From IMG/VR virus record IMGVR_UViG_3300036861_000473: 60,029 nt of DNA; one strand, written 5' to 3'. The notes under the pieces were generated by a model. The model was not told the DNA's origin and did not search any database. It saw only the letters and a list, made by a program, of their open reading frames with translations. The stretch comes from a virus (taxonomy: Duplodnaviria; Caudoviricetes). The translations under genes were made by a program, and so were the position numbers. Positions 42,518 to 52,728 of the stretch are shown piece by piece. Position 1 is the first letter of the stretch, and each line of letters starts with the position of its first letter.

Positions 42518-45499
42518 TTGGCTGTTAGCGCCGGCGACGCCTACCTGGACATTCACCCGCAGCTGGCGACCGGCTTCGGGCCGAAGCTGGCCCAGCAGGT
42601 CCAGCGTCCGGCCACCCACGCCGGCGAGCAGGCCGGCCACCATTTCGGCCGGACGTTCGTGTCCGGGTTGAAGACCGCCGGCATCGCCATCGGCGCTGGC
42701 GTCGCCACGATCGGTGTGCTCGCCGGCCGCGGGATCCTCAAGTCGACTGCGGCCGCCTCGGACCTGAACGAGACTGTGTCGAAGACCAACGTGATCTTCG
42801 GCAAGAGCAGCCCGGTGATCCAGCGGTGGGCGCGTGGCACGACCACCTCGATGGGGCTGACCCGCAACCAGGCGCTGACCAACGCGGCCGCGTTCGGGGA
42901 CATGTTCCGCCAGCTCGGCATCGGCCTGCCGACCACCACCAAGATGTCGCAGAAGCTGGTCGGGCTGGCCAGCGACCTCGCGTCGTTCTCGAACGCGGAC
43001 ATCACCCAGGTCCTCGACGCCCAGCAAAGCGCATTCCGCGGCGAATACGACGCTTTGCAGCGGTTCATTCCGAACATCAACGCGGCGCGGGTGGAGCAGG
43101 AGGCGCTGCGGGAGACGCATAAGAAGAGTGCGAAGGACCTGACCGCCGCCGAAAAAGCGCAGGCCACGTACTCGATCATGCTCCGCGACACGACCCGAGC
43201 CCAAGGCGACTTCTCGAGGACGAGCCAGGGACAGGCCAACCAGCAGCGCATCCTCACCGCGCAGTGGGGCGGCCTGAAAACCGTCATCGGCCAAGGATTC
43301 CTCCCCGCACAATTGGCCGTGACCAGGGCGCTGACGAGCAAGCTCATGCCCGCCCTGACCGCCCTGGCCGGCAACCTCGCACCCCGAGTCGGCGGGGGGG
43401 TCACCCGCATCGCCCGCTCGTTCGCCGACGCGATCCCCACCTCGAAAGAGCTGGGCCTGGGCCTCAAGGCGCTCGACGCGGCATTCTCCGGCGAGGGGAT
43501 CACCACCGGCTCTGACTCGTTCGTCGGCAAGATGGAGCGGCTCGGCGTGTTCGGCCGCAAGGTGGTCGACTGGGCTGTCGACTTCCGAATCCACCTGAGC
43601 GGCCTGGGCAAGGAGGCCAGCAAGGCAGGGCCGGCGCTGGCAGCGCTCGGCGGCGGCGGCGGGGTGTTCACCAGCTCGCTGGCCATCCTCGCGCCGATCC
43701 TGGACGTGGTCGCCCGCAACATCCACAACCTGATCCCATGGCTGCCCGCCATCCTCGCCGGGTTCCTAGCCATGAAAGCGGTCCGCGAGGTGACCGCCCC
43801 CATCCGGGATCTGGGGCAAGTGGTCGCCAACATCTCGTCCCCGCTGACCGCCGTGGCGATGCTGGCCAACGCCCGCGGCAGCCGCGCGCTCGCCCTGGCG
43901 ATGAAAGAGCAGGCGGTCGCCAGCCGTGGCGTGGCGGTCGCGCAGACCGAAAGCAACGTGGCACAGAACGCTGGTGTGCTCGCCTCGGTCCGCGCCCGTG
44001 TGGCGGCCATCGCGCAGGGCCTGGCACAGAAGGCGGTCGCGGCAGCCACCAAGGTGTGGGCCGGGGCGCAGTGGCTCCTCAACGCCGCCATGAGCGCCAA
44101 TCCGCTGGTGCTTGTGGGCCTGCTGATCGCGGGTCTGGTGGCAGGCATCGTCATCGCCTACCAAAAATCGGAAACATTCCGCAAAGTCGTGCAAAGCGTG
44201 TGGAGCGGGATCAAGCAGGCGGTCGGTACGGCGGTGAACTTCATCATCGGGCTGCTGCGAGGCTGGCTGGACGTGCAGTTCAACGTCGTCGCCGGGATCC
44301 TGCGGGTCATGGGCAAGCTCCCCGGACCGATGGGCGCGCCGTTCCGCAAGGCAGAGGAGGCCGTCCGCTCCGCGAAGAAGACGGTCGACGAGCAGCTCGG
44401 CAAGATCCAGGAGCGGGTCAACCGGCTCACCGGCAAAGACATCCCGGTCACCGCCAGCTTGAAGTTGAATTTCTCCCCGACCTACACCCAGCAGGACTGG
44501 GTCGCCGACCGTGCCCGCGCCGGCAGGATGGCCGGCGGTGGCAGGCTCCGCGGCCGCGGCGGACCCCGCGCCGACCGGATCCCGCTGTGGGGCAGCAACG
44601 GCGAGTTCATGGTCAACGCCAAAGCCACCAACCGCTGGCTGCCAATGCTGCAATGGATCAACGCGCAAGGGCTCGCCGGCGGCGGACCGATCGGCCGGAT
44701 CGACACCCAGGGCCGCACGGTCAACAAGATCGAAGCGTTCGGGACCGGGGTGCGCCAGCATGCCGCCCTCGCCGCGTTCCTCAAAGCGTTCGGCGGCGGC
44801 GCGATCAAGGCGTTCATCCGCAGGACCGACAGCCACCCCTACATTTGGGGTGGGGTCGGCCCCGGCGGGTGGGACTGCTCCGGCATCACCGGCAGCGTGT
44901 ACGCGCTGATGCGGCACCTCAACCCCTACCGCCGCTACTTCACCACCGCCTCCAACTTCCTCGGCCTCGGCTTCCGACCGGGCGCTGGCGGGTCCTACAC
45001 GATCGGGGTGAACCGGGCCGGCGGCCACATGGCCGGCAACTACCGCGGCCTAGCGTTCGAGGCCGCCAACACCCGCGCCGGCATCCGGGTCGGCAGTGCC
45101 GCCCGCAGCGTCTCGTCGTTCCCAGCGCAATACCACATGGCCCGGGGCGGCCTGATCGGCGGGCTGGCCGACTGGCTGGGCCAGCAGCGTGGCCTCGCCG
45201 TCGGCGGGGATCCGGCCAAGCTCCGCATCGAAAGCCTCGACCAGGGCGGGATGCTCCTCCCCGGCCACCTCGGCTACAACGGCACCAGCCGCGCCGAACC
45301 AGTCGGCATCGACTACGACGCGCTCGCCGCGGCGATGCGGCGGGCCGGTGTCGGCCAGGTCGGCATCAACATGCGCGAGCTCGCCGACGTGATCGTGAAC
45401 GCGATGCGGCGGGCCGGTGTCGGCCAGGTCGTCATGGACGGCGCCCGGGTCGACCGGGTCCTGGCCACCGCAGCGACCCGCAACGCAAGGCTTCACTGA
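42518..45499 (+). CDS. Tape measure protein with NlpC/P60-like domain
   Basis: ASDLNETVSK..VIFG, LNAAMSANP, YQKSETFR, SNGEFMVNA, PYIWGG...WDCSG...GHM. Confidence 0.93.
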   Translation: MAVSAGDAYLDIHPQLATGFGPKLAQQVQRPATHAGEQAGHHFGRTFVSGLKTAGIAIGAGVATIGVLAGRGILKSTAAASDLNETVSKTNVIFGKSSPVIQRWARGTTTSMGLTRNQALTNAAAFGDMFRQLGIGLPTTTKMSQKLVGLASDLASFSNADITQVLDAQQSAFRGEYDALQRFIPNINAARVEQEALRETHKKSAKDLTAAEKAQATYSIMLRDTTRAQGDFSRTSQGQANQQRILTAQWGGLKTVIGQGFLPAQLAVTRALTSKLMPALTALAGNLAPRVGGGVTRIARSFADAIPTSKELGLGLKALDAAFSGEGITTGSDSFVGKMERLGVFGRKVVDWAVDFRIHLSGLGKEASKAGPALAALGGGGGVFTSSLAILAPILDVVARNIHNLIPWLPAILAGFLAMKAVREVTAPIRDLGQVVANISSPLTAVAMLANARGSRALALAMKEQAVASRGVAVAQTESNVAQNAGVLASVRARVAAIAQGLAQKAVAAATKVWAGAQWLLNAAMSANPLVLVGLLIAGLVAGIVIAYQKSETFRKVVQSVWSGIKQAVGTAVNFIIGLLRGWLDVQFNVVAGILRVMGKLPGPMGAPFRKAEEAVRSAKKTVDEQLGKIQERVNRLTGKDIPVTASLKLNFSPTYTQQDWVADRARAGRMAGGGRLRGRGGPRADRIPLWGSNGEFMVNAKATNRWLPMLQWINAQGLAGGGPIGRIDTQGRTVNKIEAFGTGVRQHAALAAFLKAFGGGAIKAFIRRTDSHPYIWGGVGPGGWDCSGITGSVYALMRHLNPYRRYFTTASNFLGLGFRPGAGGSYTIGVNRAGGHMAGNYRGLAFEAANTRAGIRVGSAARSVSSFPAQYHMARGGLIGGLADWLGQQRGLAVGGDPAKLRIESLDQGGMLLPGHLGYNGTSRAEPVGIDYDALAAAMRRAGVGQVGINMRELADVIVNAMRRAGVGQVVMDGARVDRVLATAATRNARLH

Positions 45500-46389
45500 T
45501 GGCGGGCCAATTCTGGCTTGGCCCGCCTGGCGCGCTCGTGCAGATCCGCGCGCCGTCCGCGTTGGACCCGACCCTGATCCGCAAGGGCGGCGCCCACGAG
45601 CTCCTCGCCGGCGGCAGCGTCCGCGACACGCTCGGGTATCGGCGGCGGTTCCAGTTTGAGTGGCAGAACCTGCTGACCACCGACGAACTCGCCCAGCTCG
45701 AGAACCTCTACCTGCTCGGCGGGCCACTTGTCTTCGTCGACCCCAGCCGGCGGAATCTGCTGACCGCCAACCAGTCGACCGGCACCGACGCGCTCGACAC
45801 GACCGAGGGGTTCTCCGCGCCGTTCCAGGGGACCGTCACCTCCGACACGACCCAGTTCAAGAGCGGCAGCCGGTCGTTGAAGTGGGACACGGTCACGTCG
45901 CTGACGGTGACCAACCGTGGGGTGTATCTGCCGACCACGGCCGGGTCGACACCGGATGCGACCTGGGCGGCGATCCTCCCCTCGACCGTCTACACGTTCT
46001 CGTCGTATGTCCGCGCGAACGCGGCGATCACCATGTACGCCGCGATTGACTGGCGGACCGCTGCCGGCGCGGCAACCGGGTCGACGGACTTCGGGAGTGC
46101 GGTGGCGGTGTCGACGACGGACTGGTCGACCCGGCTCACCTGCGCGAACAAAACCTCCCCCGCGACGGCCGCCTACGCGGTCCCCTCGGTGCTGGACTCG
46201 ACCGCCCCTGGAGCGATCCGCCTGGTATTCCACGACGAGCTCCAGCTCGAGCAGACCGCCGCAGCGTCGGCATGGGCGATCGGGACAGGCACCCCCCGGG
46301 TGTACTTCGACAGCTTCAGCTCCACGTTGGAGCGGGCGTGGGACGCCGACCCCCGCTGGAACGCAACTGCTGTCCTGGTGGAGGTCTAG
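45499..46389 (+). CDS. Minor tail protein (Dit-like with carbohydrate-binding insertion)
   Basis: Follows TMP; RNLLTANQS...YTFSSYVR...DELQLE. Confidence 0.75.
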   Translation: MAGQFWLGPPGALVQIRAPSALDPTLIRKGGAHELLAGGSVRDTLGYRRRFQFEWQNLLTTDELAQLENLYLLGGPLVFVDPSRRNLLTANQSTGTDALDTTEGFSAPFQGTVTSDTTQFKSGSRSLKWDTVTSLTVTNRGVYLPTTAGSTPDATWAAILPSTVYTFSSYVRANAAITMYAAIDWRTAAGAATGSTDFGSAVAVSTTDWSTRLTCANKTSPATAAYAVPSVLDSTAPGAIRLVFHDELQLEQTAAASAWAIGTGTPRVYFDSFSSTLERAWDADPRWNATAVLVEV

Positions 46390-46392
46390 CGT

Positions 46393-48660
46393 ATGCAGTC
46401 CGCTTCCGGTGCGCTCGCCACCGCGATCCTCGGGCAGGAACGCCGTCCCGTCTGGCGGCTCCGGGTCGACTGGAACCGGTCGGGGAGCTACACCGACCTG
46501 GCTGTCAAGGACCTGTCCGCCGACGTGGTCGACTGCACCATCACCCGGGAGCTCTCCACCGACCTCCCCGACGCGGCGAAGCTGTTCGCCGGCAGCGCCG
46601 CAGCCAGCGCCACCATCACGCTCGCGCACGGTGATCTGGCCGACCCGTCCAAACACACCGCCTGGTACTACTCACCCGCCAACGCCGCCAGCCCGCTGGC
46701 GGCCTATAAGCGGCGTGGCGCCCCCGCGACCCTGGAGGTCGGCTTCGTCGGCTCGAGCGGCCCCGAATACCTCCCCGCGCTGGTCGGGTCAGTCCGCACC
46801 CTCGAGGTTTCCTCCGGCGGCAGGACCGCAACATTGCAGCTGGTCGACCGGGCTGAGACGATGCGGCAGCAGGTCACCCTGCCGATGATCGTCGCCGATG
46901 GGGAGACCGCTGCGGGTCTGAAAGTCCGGCCGGGACTGCGGACCACGTTCCTGGCCGACTGGATCTTCCGGCAAAGCGGCTACTACTCGTCCCCACCTGC
47001 CCGGTCGGGCTGCCGGTTCCTGGCCACCATGCACGGGTCCGCCTGGCCGGAGATCGGCATCGCCTCGCAGCTGTACGGCGTCAACGGCCTCCAGGTCCCC
47101 TTCTCGGTCACCCCCGAGTTCCCAAGCTACGACGCCAAGTTCGTCCAGGCGACGATCACCAGCGCGCTGAGCGACCCGAGCCTGCGGTACCTGCTCGGTT
47201 CGGGGACCACCATGTCGGCCAACAACGGCGCCGAGCTGCTGTTCGAGGGCTGGTTCAAGCTGCGGAGCACCGCCCAGGACCAGCCGCTGTTCTGGGTGTT
47301 CCGTGGCGGGTCGGGCGCGACGTACGCCTCGCTGTACTGGCAGACCGGCAACAACCGGCTGGTGTTCACCACCAACCGCGGGCTCGGCAACGGGGCGGTC
47401 ATCGGCCCGACGGTCACCCCCGGGACCTCCAGCTGGCATTACATCGCCGTGCAAGCGTCGTTCACCTCCACCGGTGTCGACGTCACCTTCCGCTACGACG
47501 GGACCACCACCGGGCCGACGACCATAGCGACCTCATCGGTGACCGGGGCGGAGAGCTGGGACACCATCACCCTCGACCAGGGGATCATCACCGGGTTCGC
47601 GACCGGCGGGAACAATCTGTTCGCCGAGGCGGTCCAGCTCACCACCGAGTCGACCATCTCTACATGGAATGATGGGTTCGTCCCAACCGTCGACCTGCAT
47701 GTCTCCGCAGCGATCGACTCGAAGATCCTGGCGGTCCCCCCCGCCACTGAGGAAGCCTGGTCGCTGCTCCAAACCATCGCTGGTGCGGAGTTCGCCACCA
47801 CCGGGTTCGACGAGACCGGCCGGCCGTTCTGGTGGCCGCGGGACCGGTGGACGACCCCGCCGTACACCACCAGCCAACGCACCCTGTCATCCACCACCGC
47901 GCTCGAGGAGCTTGCAACCGTCGAAGCGGTCGACCAGGTCCGCAACAAGATCGTCATCCGTGCGAGCCAACCGCAGATCCAACCGTCGGGGATCGTGTGG
48001 CGGTCCGTGATGGCCCATCCGATCCCGACCAGCGGCCGGACCCTGTATGCACAATTCGACAATCCGGTCGCCAACCTCGACACCTCGGTCGCGCATCAGC
48101 TCGCCGGCGGGTCGAGCCGCTATCTGGCGTCCACCGCCCGCGATGGGGTCGGCGGGCAGATCTCCAACCTCGGGTTCACGGTCACTCCGTTTGCGACCAG
48201 CGCCCTGATGGCGGTCACTAATCCCAACGGCAGCCAGGTCTACCTGGTCGCCGACGACAACGACGGTGGCACCACCGGCGCGCCCTATCTCATCCTGGAG
48301 GGACAGTTCGTCCTGTTCGACCAGTCAGCAGACAACACCCGCCTGCGGGTCGAGGTGTCCGACGCAACCTCGATCAGCGACTACGGTGAGCAGCTGTTCG
48401 AGGTCCCCGACAATCCGTTCCGTCAGGACCCCGACCAGATCAACGGGATCGCCGCGGACCTGCTCACCGCGACGAAACAGCCGGGCCCTGCCTACAGCAA
48501 CGTCACCATCGTCGCCGACCCGCGGCTCCAGCTGGCCGACAGGGTCACCGTGCAGGACCCTGGCGGGCTGGAAGTCGCCGCCGACGCGCACCTGTCACGT
48601 ATCGAACTCACCCTCAATGAGAATGGGATGCGGCAGACCGTGAACTTGAGGAGTGCCTGA
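46393..48660 (+). CDS. Minor tail protein (hub/Tal-like with LamG-like insertion)
   Basis: RVDWN...FEGWFK...WHYIAV...GFDETG...ADPRLQLADRV. Confidence 0.8.
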   Translation: MQSASGALATAILGQERRPVWRLRVDWNRSGSYTDLAVKDLSADVVDCTITRELSTDLPDAAKLFAGSAAASATITLAHGDLADPSKHTAWYYSPANAASPLAAYKRRGAPATLEVGFVGSSGPEYLPALVGSVRTLEVSSGGRTATLQLVDRAETMRQQVTLPMIVADGETAAGLKVRPGLRTTFLADWIFRQSGYYSSPPARSGCRFLATMHGSAWPEIGIASQLYGVNGLQVPFSVTPEFPSYDAKFVQATITSALSDPSLRYLLGSGTTMSANNGAELLFEGWFKLRSTAQDQPLFWVFRGGSGATYASLYWQTGNNRLVFTTNRGLGNGAVIGPTVTPGTSSWHYIAVQASFTSTGVDVTFRYDGTTTGPTTIATSSVTGAESWDTITLDQGIITGFATGGNNLFAEAVQLTTESTISTWNDGFVPTVDLHVSAAIDSKILAVPPATEEAWSLLQTIAGAEFATTGFDETGRPFWWPRDRWTTPPYTTSQRTLSSTTALEELATVEAVDQVRNKIVIRASQPQIQPSGIVWRSVMAHPIPTSGRTLYAQFDNPVANLDTSVAHQLAGGSSRYLASTARDGVGGQISNLGFTVTPFATSALMAVTNPNGSQVYLVADDNDGGTTGAPYLILEGQFVLFDQSADNTRLRVEVSDATSISDYGEQLFEVPDNPFRQDPDQINGIAADLLTATKQPGPAYSNVTIVADPRLQLADRVTVQDPGGLEVAADAHLSRIELTLNENGMRQTVNLRSA

Positions 48661-49052
48661 TGCCGGAGACGGCCAAACTGTCGGACCTGCCGGTCGGCTC
48701 GACGCTGCTGCTGCCCTGCCGGCTCACCGCCCGCGGGACGGGTGGAGTCACCCTAGACGTGCTCGCCCCCGGCGGGGGTGGCGCGACCGTGACAGGGCAG
48801 GTCCAGATCGCCCGCCCGTCGGGGACGGTCACCGGCGCGTGGACCAGCGACCCGGCCGACCAGCCGGTGCGGGTGGTCGCCTATGCGCTACAGGTCGGCA
48901 ATGTGGTCCGCAACCGGGAGACCGGTGAGGTGCTGGTTGTGCAGGCCGTCGGACTCGGCCCGACGGCGGATCGCTGGTCGAGCGCGACGTCGGGGTCACC
49001 GTCGTATTCGGCGGACGGGTGGATGGTCATCGGGTCCGCGACGATCCCATGA
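48660..49052 (+). CDS. Hypothetical tail-region protein
   Basis: TGATG coupling. Confidence 0.6.
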   Translation: MPETAKLSDLPVGSTLLLPCRLTARGTGGVTLDVLAPGGGGATVTGQVQIARPSGTVTGAWTSDPADQPVRVVAYALQVGNVVRNRETGEVLVVQAVGLGPTADRWSSATSGSPSYSADGWMVIGSATIP

Positions 49053-49077
49053 CCCGTCGATGAAGGGCGTCAGCGTG

Positions 49078-49281
49078 ATGACGACCAACCGGCTCGACCG
49101 CAACGGCCTGCTCATCAGGGACGGCCTCATCCCGGGTCAGCCTCGGGGCTGGTTGCAGTTCCGCACATGTCGGCGTTGCGAGTGGTTCGGCCACGCCCCG
49201 ATCCATGTGCGGCTGCTGCAACTGACCCGCTGTAAGCGATGCGGGCTCGCCTTGGCCGTCGACGAACAGGATCCCGTATGA
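49078..49281 (+). CDS. Small Cys/His protein
   Basis: CEWFGH...CKRCG. Confidence 0.45.
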   Translation: MTTNRLDRNGLLIRDGLIPGQPRGWLQFRTCRRCEWFGHAPIHVRLLQLTRCKRCGLALAVDEQDPV

Positions 49282-49360
49282 GCCCGCTCGGCCTGCTGCT
49301 CCTGTGGGGCCTGCTGTGGATCGGGATCGCGGAGTGCATGGATGAGCGGATGGGCCGCCG

Positions 49361-49801
49361 ATGATCCGCGACTCGCTCCTCACCCTCGACCATCGGGTGG
49401 CGCTGCTGGCCGAGTGGATGCGGCGACGGGTCGGGTACCGTGGGGCCGCGCTCGGAGCGTTCGCCACCTTCGACCTCGTCTGGGCATGGTCGCTGATCGA
49501 CCCGACCGCCGCCCGACCCCTCAAACAGGCCCCCACCTACCATGTCGTCCTCGCGTTGGCACCACTCTGGGTATGGGCGCTGGGGATGGCCGCCATCGGG
49601 GTCCTGTTAGGGGTACAGGCGTGGATGGATGATGACCGGCTCGCCTACGCCGCCGCGATCGGGATCAAACTGATCTGGGCGACCGCGACGGTGGCGACAT
49701 GGCCGGTCGCACACTGGCAGATCCTACGTCCCACCGTGATCTTCCTCACCCTCGCCACCCTCGTCAGCGTGTGCGCGGCGGGCCTGCCGGTCAGAGAGTA
49801 G
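49361..49801 (+). CDS. Multi-pass membrane protein (lysis region)
   Basis: About four hydrophobic segments. Confidence 0.7.
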   Translation: MIRDSLLTLDHRVALLAEWMRRRVGYRGAALGAFATFDLVWAWSLIDPTAARPLKQAPTYHVVLALAPLWVWALGMAAIGVLLGVQAWMDDDRLAYAAAIGIKLIWATATVATWPVAHWQILRPTVIFLTLATLVSVCAAGLPVRE

Positions 49802-49807
49802 GCGAAC

Positions 49808-50143
49808 GTGCCAGCGTGGCTGCCAGGGATCCTCGTCGCGCTGGTCGGCATCATCCCCGCCTTCCTGGTCTTCCAGCAGGCCGACAGGGCTCGGAAGGAC
49901 ACCGCCAGCAAAGCCACCCGCGACGACGTCCGCGACGCGTTCGACACCGCCCGGAAACTCTACGAGGGCGGGATCGCGGAGGCCGAGCGGCGGATCGAGA
50001 ACTGCAACCGGCGGGTCACCGCGCTCGAGGGCGACCTCGAAGCCGCCCGGATCCGGGAGCGGAGCCTGCGCCGGTGGGTCGGCCAGCTCGAGGCCGCCCT
50101 CCGCGACGCTGGCGTCGCGACCCCCAACGGGGAACCGCTATGA
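49808..50143 (+). CDS. Membrane-anchored coiled-coil protein (lysis region)
   Basis: N-terminal TM, heptad-rich C-terminus. Confidence 0.72.
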   Translation: MPAWLPGILVALVGIIPAFLVFQQADRARKDTASKATRDDVRDAFDTARKLYEGGIAEAERRIENCNRRVTALEGDLEAARIRERSLRRWVGQLEAALRDAGVATPNGEPL

Positions 50144-50568
50144 AAGCAGCGCTCGGCATCGTCGCTGTGGTCGTGTTCGTGGTGGCCGTGGTCGTCTCGG
50201 CGAACACCTTCGAGCCGACCCTGCCGACGACGACCACGCTGCCGCCCATCACGACCGAGCCGGTGCCGTCGTCCGGTCGGGCGCCGCCGACGACCACGTC
50301 TCTGCCTTCGTCGACGGCCCCGGCCGGACCACCCGGGCCGCCAGTGCCGGGCCCGCCCGGCGCGCAGGGGCCGCCAGGACCGGCCGGAGCGTCAGGCATT
50401 GTCATCGTCGCCCTGCCACCGCCACCCACGACCGGGCCCGTGGCCACCACCCAGCCGGCGACCACGACCACGGTCGGGGCGACCACGACCACGACAACGA
50501 GACGATGCCGGGTGCCGCAGAGCACGGTGAACCCGGCGACGACACAGCGGCCCTGTCTGCCGCACTGA
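50140..50568 (+). CDS. Membrane-anchored Pro/Thr-rich collagen-like protein
   Basis: TM helix, GPP/GAQ triplets, Thr runs. Confidence 0.68.
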   Translation: MKAALGIVAVVVFVVAVVVSANTFEPTLPTTTTLPPITTEPVPSSGRAPPTTTSLPSSTAPAGPPGPPVPGPPGAQGPPGPAGASGIVIVALPPPPTTGPVATTQPATTTTVGATTTTTTRRCRVPQSTVNPATTQRPCLPH

Positions 50569-50595
50569 CGTAGGAGCCCGCTTCCCGGCGGGTTA

Positions 50596-50633
50596 GGCCG
50601 GCCCGGTTCCCATCGCCGGGCCGGCCGTCATTT
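50596..50633 (+). terminator. Hairpin before endolysin unit
   Basis: GGCCGGCCCGG-N9-CCGGGCCGGCC-GTCATTT. Confidence 0.5.
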
Positions 50634-50659
50634 GGGAGATGGGAGGATGGAGGAGAGCT

Positions 50660-50821
50660 ATGCCACGCCAACCTGATCTGCAAAGCCCCGCCGCGCAGCT
50701 CCCACCCCCGCAGGGTGACTGCATCGCCGACACCCCCGCGTTCCTGCTCGAGCAGGCGGCCGCCTACCACGGCAACGCCGAGCCGGAGCCGATCCCGGTC
50801 GACCCGGAGGAGCTGACCTGA
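50660..50821 (+). CDS. Small acidic protein
   Basis: GGAGGAG RBS; abuts endolysin. Confidence 0.55.
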   Translation: MPRQPDLQSPAAQLPPPQGDCIADTPAFLLEQAAAYHGNAEPEPIPVDPEELT

Positions 50822-51688
50822 ATGGCCCTCCTCGACTTCGCCGGCAGCCCACACGGCGGTGACCACTGGCTCCTCCCCGAGTGGAACACCCAAGGCAAGA
50901 TCACCCCGACCGCGATCATCGACCACTCCCAGGTCGGCTCCACCCTCGGCACCTACTGGTTCTTCCACGACTCCACAGGGGTCGAATCGCACTTCTCGGT
51001 CCGCGGGATCCGGTCCGGCGCCCAGGACGGCCAGATCATCCAGTTCATGGACACCGCCCGTCGCGCCGACGCGAACCTGGCCGCCAACGACGAGGCCATC
51101 TCGATCGAAACCGAGGATGGGGAGCTGGTCAACGGCACCTGGGTGCACGACCCGAACGTCCAGCCGTGGACCCGCGCGCAACTGGAAAGCCTCCGCTGGC
51201 TCCACGACAAGCTCGTCGAAGTGCACCCGACCATCCCACGGCGCACGGCCACCACCCCGTGGGACTCGCCGCGGGGACTGGGCTACCACAGCCTGCCGGG
51301 GATCAACACGTTCGCCCACCCGGACATCAACCCGTGGACGCCGGCGCTTGGCAAGACGTGTCCCGGGTCGGTTCGGATCAGCCAGTGGGGCTTGATCTTG
51401 CTGCCCGCGTTCCTGCACCCAGAGGAGGAGATCGACTTGACCAAGCAGGAGTTCAAGGAAGCGTGGAACGAGCTGACCGCGCAGGGAATCATCTACGGTC
51501 AGGACAACTGGGCGGACGCCTTTCGGGTGTATGCCGACAAGGGGGACAAGCTCATCGCGGCAGTGAAGGACACCAACCTCAAGCTGCAGGCGACGCTGGA
51601 CGCGCAGGCGGCCACCAACGCCAAGCTCGACCAGCTCATCTGGCTGCTCACCCCGGCGGCCCCGGCGGCCCCGCCGCCAACACCATGA
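50822..51688 (+). CDS. Endolysin, N-acetylmuramoyl-L-alanine amidase
   Basis: IIDHS, ESHFSV, AISIETE, LGYH, KTCPG. Confidence 0.9.
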   Translation: MALLDFAGSPHGGDHWLLPEWNTQGKITPTAIIDHSQVGSTLGTYWFFHDSTGVESHFSVRGIRSGAQDGQIIQFMDTARRADANLAANDEAISIETEDGELVNGTWVHDPNVQPWTRAQLESLRWLHDKLVEVHPTIPRRTATTPWDSPRGLGYHSLPGINTFAHPDINPWTPALGKTCPGSVRISQWGLILLPAFLHPEEEIDLTKQEFKEAWNELTAQGIIYGQDNWADAFRVYADKGDKLIAAVKDTNLKLQATLDAQAATNAKLDQLIWLLTPAAPAAPPPTP

Positions 51689-51776
51689 CCTCGCCTGGCG
51701 TCGACCGGTTGGCGGAGCGGCTGGCCCCTAGGATCGAGCGGCGCCTGCTCGAGCTTGCCCGGCGTCGGGGCGGGCG

Positions 51777-52070
51777 GTGACCACCACCTACGACCTCGGC
51801 AGCGGCCACCAAGCCCGTCTCTACCGCACGACGACCGCCGAGTGGCCGATCGGCGCGGTCGACCTGCACCAGGCGCCGGACGGGTCGCCGTGCGGATGCA
51901 GCCTGCCGTTTGCCGATAGCCCCGTGGCGTGGCGCACCCAGGCGGACGGGTCGGTGCATCCCGGCTGGCAGGTCATCTCCCACGACCCCCTCACCCTGGC
52001 ACCGTCGGTCGTGTGCCCGCGCTGTGGCGCGCACGGCTTCATCATCGACGGAAGGTGGCGATCAGCATGA
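51777..52070 (+). CDS. DUF6527-like protein, paralogue 1
   Basis: DLGSGH...WQVISHDPLTLAPSVVCPRCGAHGFIIDGRW. Confidence 0.75.
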   Translation: MTTTYDLGSGHQARLYRTTTAEWPIGAVDLHQAPDGSPCGCSLPFADSPVAWRTQADGSVHPGWQVISHDPLTLAPSVVCPRCGAHGFIIDGRWRSA

Positions 52071-52417
52071 CCCAGGCGCATCCGCCCGGGGTCGATGTGA
52101 CGACGCGGCTCACCTACGGGGATGTGCGCTGCCAGTGCGTCCGCTGGCACCGCCCGGTCCCGGCTGAGGAGGAGAGCCACCACATCATCCCGGTCGGTGC
52201 ACCGTTCCACGGCCCCGCCAACGGCGACCAGGTGCTGCTCTGCCCGACCTCCCACAGTGCCGTCCACGCCTGCTTGCGCGTGCATCTCAAGGCCCGCACG
52301 CAGGACCGGAAACCGACCAAGGCCGAGCTCCGGCCCTACACCCGCTACGTCCGGAAGCTGGCCCAGGTCGCCATGGACGCGCTCGGCCCGCAGGCCGACA
52401 TCCCGCTGGACCCGTGA
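52067..52417 (+). CDS. HNH-like protein
   Basis: CQC...HHIIP...GP...VLLCPTSHSAVH. Confidence 0.7.
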   Translation: MTQAHPPGVDVTTRLTYGDVRCQCVRWHRPVPAEEESHHIIPVGAPFHGPANGDQVLLCPTSHSAVHACLRVHLKARTQDRKPTKAELRPYTRYVRKLAQVAMDALGPQADIPLDP

Positions 52418-52728
52418 GCGCCCCGCTCGACCTCGGCCACGACCACACGCTCCGCTACACGAGCTGGGCGCCGGACCGGGAGCTCAACCCGCAGTATGCC
52501 GACCTCCCCGACGTGGAGCGGATCGGCGCGATCATCGCCCACCGCCGCCCGGACGGTTCGCTGTGCGAGGGCGCGATCTTCTTCGACGGCGACACTGCGC
52601 GGCGGGTGCTGCCAGACAAGCCGCGGTGGACGGTCGAGTCATGGGAACCGCTCACCCTGAGTCCGTCGCTGCTGTGCCACTGCGGCGACCACGGGTTCAT
52701 CCGGGAGGACCGATGGGTGCCAGCGTGA
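52414..52728 (+). CDS. DUF6527-like protein, paralogue 2
   Basis: DLGHDH...WTVESWEPLTLSPSLLCHCGDHGFIREDRWVPA. Confidence 0.78.
   Translation: MSAPLDLGHDHTLRYTSWAPDRELNPQYADLPDVERIGAIIAHRRPDGSLCEGAIFFDGDTARRVLPDKPRWTVESWEPLTLSPSLLCHCGDHGFIREDRWVPA

Noticed and set aside
21590-45028. Many long antisense or alternate-frame ORFs (e.g. 24168-26216, 27088-29037, 42553-44154)
   Set aside because: Shadow ORFs of high-GC genes with Arg/Pro/Gly-rich translations and no RBS or motifs.
45332-45431. 31-bp exact direct repeat at the end of TMP
   Set aside because: In-frame duplication (AMRRAGVGQV); no reverse transcriptase or adenine-specific mismatches, so not a DGR.
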